This document shows, in pieces, positions 39,103 to 44,348 of a DNA stretch of 44,348 nt (positions within the stretch are counted from its first letter, which is position 1; every line of letters starts with the position of its first letter). Source of the stretch: Candidatus Hydrogenedentota bacterium (GTDB lineage Bacteria; Hydrogenedentota; Hydrogenedentia; Hydrogenedentales; SLHB01); assembly GCA_034408725.1 (NCBI GenBank), contig JAWXCN010000049.1, positions 1-44,348 of the forward strand. The letters are read 5' to 3'. The position numbers were made by a program, and so were the translations under genes. The notes under the pieces were generated by a model that was given only the letters and a program-made list of their open reading frames with translations, searched no databases and was not told the DNA's origin.

Positions 39103-40041
39103 TTACGGCTGAGCCGGCGCCGCCTCCGCCGCAGCTTCATCCACGGCCTCAATAGGATCGATCAACGCCTCGCTGGGCGCCTCATCCTGGATCGGTTCGG
39201 GAATCGTTGTCAGATCCGCCGGAATGGGAATTGCCACCGCATCCGCGGTATAATCCTGCTCGCCGAACATGCCCGAGCAGATCAACTCGCCTGTGGCCTG
39301 CATCTGCGCAAATCCTAACGCTCTAATGATCGTGCCGTCGGGGTCGCGCGCTCCTATATTGATCGCTTCAGCCAGCTTCGCCGAGTTCTGAGTGCCCTCC
39401 CCGCGAATCTCCGTACCGCCTGCGAGCTTGGCCACAAAATAGACGGTCGGTCCGCTGGTCCGCACTATCGCCGAACCCAGCACCGTTGCCGTTGGATCGG
39501 TACTACGCTTAAGCACATAAAACCCGTCGAATGACGCCGCCGCCGACCCGGATGGCACGACCGACGCCTGCTCGATGGTGACCGGGTTCGCCTCGAGCGT
39601 CGCGGCCATTTCGGCGAATCGAGAGGCTTCCGGTTCTGCCCAATAGATTTCCGGGCGCACGCCCTCGGCGGTTTGCGCTTGCGCTTCAATTCCAGATGTC
39701 ATCCACTCTTCGATGGACTGCACATTCAATGCCACAATTCCAAGAATCAGGATGGCGAGGACCGCGCCCACACCCCGCAAGATGCGTCCAATCTCAACAG
39801 ATGGCTTTTCGATCACAACCGGGCCGCCGGCCTGCATGCGGCGCGCGCGCTGGTCCCGCAAGTTGTTTCCGCACACCTTGCAGAGCAGCGTGCCAGTTGG
39901 ATTCACGTTGGCGCACGCTTCGCACACGGCGTCGGCATCAATATGCTCAAACTCTTCCTGGGGATTTCCGACCATGCCCAATTCCCTCCGGGCAGATTCT
40001 GGCACAGATGGCGTCGCGTGTCCAGTAATTACCCGTGACAT
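39103..40041 (-). CDS. Hypothetical single-pass membrane protein with N-terminal zinc ribbon
   Basis: CEAC..N..CKVCGNNL, TM segment, beta-rich external domain, acidic Ala/Pro tail. Start uncertain. Confidence 0.7.
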   Translation of the reverse strand: MSRVITGHATPSVPESARRELGMVGNPQEEFEHIDADAVCEACANVNPTGTLLCKVCGNNLRDQRARRMQAGGPVVIEKPSVEIGRILRGVGAVLAILILGIVALNVQSIEEWMTSGIEAQAQTAEGVRPEIYWAEPEASRFAEMAATLEANPVTIEQASVVPSGSAAASFDGFYVLKRSTDPTATVLGSAIVRTSGPTVYFVAKLAGGTEIRGEGTQNSAKLAEAINIGARDPDGTIIRALGFAQMQATGELICSGMFGEQDYTADAVAIPIPADLTTIPEPIQDEAPSEALIDPIEAVDEAAAEAAPAQP

Positions 40042-40121
40042 TGTTCGCCGTTGCAGCTGCCTTGTGCCGTTTCACTACCACGCCAACCCTGTCCGCGCTG
40101 AAGAACTTTTCCAAGTCGCTA

Positions 40122-41234
40122 TCAGAATGCACGGTCCGCATCCAGCAATTCTTGGTACAACACGTATTCGGCGCGCGCGATGGTTTCCGCGTGCAATTCC
40201 GTTTCCACACGATGCTTCGCAAACGTCCCCATTTCAGCCCGTAGTGCGTTGTCAGCAAGCAGTCGGTTGATCGCGGATGCAAGCGCGGGCGCATCGCGGG
40301 GAGAAACATTCAAACCGGTCTTTCCATCGAGATTGACGAACTCGACTCCCGTGCCCAGGGTCGTCGCCACGACGGGCTTTCCTGCTGCGTGGGCTTCGAG
40401 CATCGCGATGCCATAGGCCTCACTGCGGGCAATCGAGGGAAATGCGAATACTTCGCAGCCGTGCAAATGCGCAACTAACTCGTCGTGAGTCAGCGCGCCG
40501 GGAAAGTCTACGGGCACTCCCAAATCCCGTGCCAGTGCCTCGGTTCGCGACCTTTCCGGCCCCTCCCCGGCAATAACGACCGGTGCGTTGATATCCTTTG
40601 CCGCGCGAACAAGGTATTCCAAACCCTTGTAGTACCGGTGTCGGCCACTGAATAGTACGAACCTTCCACCATATCGCGCGCGGGTTGCCTCCACTTCACC
40701 GGGGCGTTTCACCGCAAATTCATCCGGGAGTATGCCCAACGGGACGACGCGGCACTTGTCCCGAAACTGTCGCAACATGCCGGACGTATTGAGATATTGT
40801 TCGCTCGCTACCAAAATCAAATCCGCGCGGGCCAAAAATTTTCGTTGCAACGGAGCGTAAAGCCGCATTGCGGAGGCTTGCCGCACCACGTCGCTCTGGT
40901 ATCGCACCACCAGTTTCGCCGCGGGTCGCGCAAGCAGCCAGGCAATCTCCGCCGTCGGATTCGGCACATGCACCACGGCGATATCCGCGCGGAGCCGGCC
41001 CACGTGCGGGACGAACATCGGCGACAAAGGCGCGCTCTGGAACCGCCCCCACTCCCCCGCCTCGGTCACGCGCGTGCCCTCGCGCTCCACAACCCGCGTC
41101 CGCCACGAACGGCTGCACGTCAATGCCTCGACCTCCGCCCACTGCCGCTGATACCAGCAGCTCAGCGCCATGTGGTGCTCCATCCCGCCATGGATGGGCG
41201 GATCGAAGTCTTTGTAAATGTGAACAATCTTCAT
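40122..41234 (-). CDS. Glycosyltransferase family 4
   Basis: KIVHIYKDF..GGME, HVPNP, GRHRYYKG, PSIARSEAYGIAMLEA. Confidence 0.92.
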   Translation of the reverse strand: MKIVHIYKDFDPPIHGGMEHHMALSCWYQRQWAEVEALTCSRSWRTRVVEREGTRVTEAGEWGRFQSAPLSPMFVPHVGRLRADIAVVHVPNPTAEIAWLLARPAAKLVVRYQSDVVRQASAMRLYAPLQRKFLARADLILVASEQYLNTSGMLRQFRDKCRVVPLGILPDEFAVKRPGEVEATRARYGGRFVLFSGRHRYYKGLEYLVRAAKDINAPVVIAGEGPERSRTEALARDLGVPVDFPGALTHDELVAHLHGCEVFAFPSIARSEAYGIAMLEAHAAGKPVVATTLGTGVEFVNLDGKTGLNVSPRDAPALASAINRLLADNALRAEMGTFAKHRVETELHAETIARAEYVLYQELLDADRAF

Positions 41235-41440
41235 GATTTGGGAATTCGGATTTTGGATTTTGGATTGAAGACGCAGGGACCGAATTTTTGGAAATCCCCC
41301 GGCGCGCGCTTCCAATCTGAAATCTCAAATTTGAGATTTGTTATTGACGCCCACACACAGGCAAAGGAAATCAATGCTCTCGAAATGGCATACGTCCACC
41401 CACTCCGCGTTCCCCAATCCAAAATCCAAAATCCAAAATC
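41235..41440. repeat. Inverted heptamer-repeat arms (GATTTTG)n / (CAAAATC)n enclosing a spacer
   Basis: Left arm 41235-41267, right arm 41415-41440, central palindrome AAATCTCAAATTTGAGATTT 41320-41339. Confidence 0.85.
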
Positions 41441-42557
41441 ATCCCCCCCTTCCCGCCACTTGCCGATACACCCGCAACGCGCCCTCCGCCGTCTTCGTCC
41501 ACGACAATTGCTTCGCGCGTTCGAGGCCTTTCGCGGCCAACTCCGTGCGCAACGCTTGTTCCGTGATAATTCGGTGCAGCCCGTCTGCGATGGCTTCCAG
41601 ATCGAGCGGATCGACCAAAACCGCCGCGCCGCCCGCGACTTCCGGCATGCTGGAATTGTTCGACGTCAGCACCGGCACGCCGCAGGCCATGCCTTCCTGA
41701 ATCGCATTGCCGAATCCTTCGTATAGACTCGGTAGCGCGACAACGTCCGCCGCGCTGATGACTCCTGGGAGATACTCGTCCTCGATAAAGCCGGGGAAAT
41801 GTATCCGTTCCTTGTATTGGGAACGCTCCGCCTCTTCCCGGATCGGCTGCGTCTTCCATCCCATGCGCCCCGCAATAACAAGGTCCTGCTCGATCTTTCC
41901 CGCATACGCGGTCCACGCCTGAATCAATCGTTCGAGATTCTTCCGCGGCTCGATCGTGCCGTAGTAAAGCACATACCGTTGCGGCAGTTTGTAATGCGCG
42001 CGGGCTATCGCCTGCGCAGGGTCAGACGCGCGTTTGAACCGTTCGTGCGCGCCCTGGTTCACCACCTCGATCTTGTCGCGGGGAATGCGCAGGATTTCAG
42101 TGATGTCGTTTGCAGTCGCTTCGGACACCGCAATGATGCGCGCCGCGTTGTGCGCGGAACGCGCCACTGCCCGCCGGTAATACAATGCGCGCTCGTAGCG
42201 ATACCATTCTGGATGCAGAAAAAACGTCATGTCGTGAATCGTCACGACCATGTTCCGCAACGGAAGCACGCTGCCTACGTTCGCGGGAAAATGGACCACG
42301 TCCGAGCGCGTATCACTCAAATCACTGCGCACACCCCATTGATCGTACCAAAGCCGCGCGCCAGGCGTCGAAACTGTCCGCTCAATAAACTGCGCGTTGG
42401 GCTGGCGGCCTTCTTGGGGCACGCGAAATCCGCGAGGCCACGCGAACACAACCGTGTCCCGCTCCGCCAATGCCGCCAATCGCTGCCCAAGCTGAATGAC
42501 GTACACACCGGTGCCACTGCGATTGTTCGCCTGGAGCGCGTTGACCAGCACCTTCAC
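41439..42557 (-). CDS. Glycosyltransferase family 4 (mannosyl/rhamnosyltransferase-like)
   Basis: [42 protein letters not shown]. Confidence 0.92.
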   Translation of the reverse strand: MKVLVNALQANNRSGTGVYVIQLGQRLAALAERDTVVFAWPRGFRVPQEGRQPNAQFIERTVSTPGARLWYDQWGVRSDLSDTRSDVVHFPANVGSVLPLRNMVVTIHDMTFFLHPEWYRYERALYYRRAVARSAHNAARIIAVSEATANDITEILRIPRDKIEVVNQGAHERFKRASDPAQAIARAHYKLPQRYVLYYGTIEPRKNLERLIQAWTAYAGKIEQDLVIAGRMGWKTQPIREEAERSQYKERIHFPGFIEDEYLPGVISAADVVALPSLYEGFGNAIQEGMACGVPVLTSNNSSMPEVAGGAAVLVDPLDLEAIADGLHRIITEQALRTELAAKGLERAKQLSWTKTAEGALRVYRQVAGRGG

Positions 42558-43744
42558 CCGCTCACGCTCCGATAAACCGCCGCGGTTTGCTCCGCGGTCT
42601 TCCGCCACGAAAACTTCGCCGCCTGCGCATAACCCTTTCGACTCATCTGCTCGCGCAACGCCGCATGGCCCAGCACCCGCCGCATCGCGTTTGCGATGCT
42701 GTAGACGTCGTTCGCGTCGCAATACTCCGCCGCGTCGCCCGCGACTTCCGGAAGCGACGAATTATTAGCGGTGATCACGGGACAGCCACACGCCATCGCT
42801 TCGAGGATCGGCAGACCAAAGCCTTCGTAGAATGAAGGAAATACAAGCGCGTCGGCTGCACTGTAGAGCGCGGGCAGATCATCTTGTTGTACAAAACCCA
42901 GCGGCCTGATCCGGTTCAGCATGTTTTCTGCGCTCAAGTCTTCGCCAAACTTTTCTTCCGCTTTCATCAGGTTCGCGGCCATTTCCTTTTCGTCCAACGA
43001 ACCGAATACGAGTTCTGTATCAATTTCGTCCGACAACCACCCCTTTCCTCCCGCCAGTACCAGCCGGTGCGGATATTCGGTTTCAATCGAACGAAACGCG
43101 CGCGCAATGTTTACGATATTTTTTCGCGGCTCAATCGTGCCGACGAACAGCAAATACGGATGGTGAATGCCGTACACCTGAGCCACGTGTTTGCGGGCTT
43201 CCAATTCGAGAACCGGCTTCATCCCCTCCTCCACGGCAAGATGCACGGTGTGTACTCGCTCCGCGCTCACCCCCAGAAGTTCAATGATGTCTTGTCTCGT
43301 GCTTTCCGAATCCGCGATCACGGCATCCGCCTCGCGCGCAAAACCCCCGACCTTCTTCGAGAAGGGGCCGACGATTTTTGGACTGCACAACTCCGGATGT
43401 TTCTTAAACGCAATGTCGTGAATCGTCAACACGCGCTTAGCGCGCCTGACCGGCGGCAGAAAATAATTCGTCGCATGATATACATCGACACCGCCCAGCA
43501 GTGCATCCACCTTGGGCCAGCCCAACGCCGACCAAATCTGATACATCACCCGCGTCGGAATATGGAGGTGTCGATGCGGCAACGGCCTGCCAATGGCCTC
43601 CAGGTCGAGCTTCCGCGCCGATGCCGCGAAACCGGCTATCTCAAGGCCATCCAGCTCCAGCAACCCCCGCAGCAGGTTCAGACAGTAATTCCCCACCCCG
43701 CTCCGGGATTGCGTAACAGGGCCAATGTCCAAGCCAATTCGCAT
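42554..43744 (-). CDS. Glycosyltransferase family 4 (mannosyl/rhamnosyltransferase-like)
   Basis: [43 protein letters not shown]. Confidence 0.92.
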   Translation of the reverse strand: MRIGLDIGPVTQSRSGVGNYCLNLLRGLLELDGLEIAGFAASARKLDLEAIGRPLPHRHLHIPTRVMYQIWSALGWPKVDALLGGVDVYHATNYFLPPVRRAKRVLTIHDIAFKKHPELCSPKIVGPFSKKVGGFAREADAVIADSESTRQDIIELLGVSAERVHTVHLAVEEGMKPVLELEARKHVAQVYGIHHPYLLFVGTIEPRKNIVNIARAFRSIETEYPHRLVLAGGKGWLSDEIDTELVFGSLDEKEMAANLMKAEEKFGEDLSAENMLNRIRPLGFVQQDDLPALYSAADALVFPSFYEGFGLPILEAMACGCPVITANNSSLPEVAGDAAEYCDANDVYSIANAMRRVLGHAALREQMSRKGYAQAAKFSWRKTAEQTAAVYRSVSG

Positions 43745-43879
43745 CAAGAGGAGCCTAGCAACGGGGGTGGCGGGAGTCAAGACAAACCAGAGGAAAGGGC
43801 AATCGATGGCTTTAGCTAACTTGCTATATTATAATGCGTTAGACCAATCGTGGCACCCGGTAACGGGTGCGCCGCATAC

Positions 43880-43908
43880 TTGACAGCCTGAATGGGCTAT
43901 GTTAGACT
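43880..43908 (+). promoter_or_regulatory. Sigma70 promoter of hrcA
   Basis: TTGACA 43880-43885, 17 nt, TGt-TAGACT 43903-43908. Confidence 0.75.
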
Positions 43909-43918
43909 CCGGCAGTTG

Positions 43919-43945
43919 TTAGCACTCTACCAAAACGAGTGCCAG
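43919..43945 (+). promoter_or_regulatory. CIRCE operator upstream of hrcA (autoregulation)
   Basis: TTAGCACTC-TACCAAAAC-GAGTGCCAG. Confidence 0.92.
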
Positions 43946-43958
43946 ACCGGAGCACCTG

Positions 43959-44348
43959 ATGCGACGGGACATCGATTTATCAGACCGCGAAAAACTCATA
44001 CTTCAAGCCGCCGTACACAGCTTTATCACCACGGCGGAACCGGTGGGGTCGCGCGCAATCGTAAAACGGTTTGACCTGGATTTAAGCGCGGCCACGGTCC
44101 GAAACGTGATGGCCGACCTTGAAGAAGCGGGCTACCTGCAGCAGCTACACACGAGTTCCGGGCGGGTGCCGACTGACCTCGGCTATCGCTATTACGTGGA
44201 TTACCTCATGCGCGCGCAGGAGTTGACGCTTCACGAACGCGCGCGCATCGAGACGGAACTGACAGCGCGGTTGAACGACGCTGATGAAGTCATGCGGCAG
44301 ACAAGCCATCTATTGGCCCTGCTGTCGCACCAGACCGGCATCGTCGAA
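43959..44348 (+). CDS. hrcA: Heat-inducible transcription repressor HrcA (5' part, runs off the window)
   Basis: Manual translation MRRDIDLSDREKLILQAAVHSFITTAEPVGSR..SAATVRNVMADLEEAGYLQQLHTSSGRVPTDLGYRYYVD. Missing from the ORF track because there is no stop in the window. Confidence 0.96.
   Translation, partial: MRRDIDLSDREKLILQAAVHSFITTAEPVGSRAIVKRFDLDLSAATVRNVMADLEEAGYLQQLHTSSGRVPTDLGYRYYVDYLMRAQELTLHERARIETELTARLNDADEVMRQTSHLLALLSHQTGIVE

Overview
GC-rich bacterial chromosomal window, mostly housekeeping, motility and envelope genes. The protein style suggests a PVC-neighbour lineage such as Ca. Hydrogenedentota (inference only). Left to right: a non-coding ~400-nt region with long nested inverted repeats (candidate large structured RNA); a MacAB-type ABC exporter; two tandem long-chain acyl-CoA ligases; uronate isomerase converging on a Ser/Thr kinase-FGE gene plus eda; pilT; a cohesin/FN3 surface protein; fliQ-fliR-flhB-flhA-flhF-flhG; a CBM9-like/serine hydrolase; a GH63-like glucosidase; an orphan CIRCE-controlled groEL with a His-rich tail; REP/BIME-like repeats; an oxidoreductase; pirin; a surface-glycan cluster (GT2 x2, DUF2304, gmd, UDP-GlcA decarboxylase, GT4 x3) interleaved with an ExbB/ExbD/TonB-like/zinc-ribbon unit, NUDIX and an oligogalacturonate-lyase-like gene; and the 5' part of CIRCE-preceded hrcA. 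The most notable unexplained signals are the structured RNA candidate at ~97-390 and NrdR-box-like operators in 31-bp phase overlapping the promoters of both pilT and the flagellar export operon. I saw no transposase, integrase, reverse transcriptase, CRISPR array, tRNA or rRNA.
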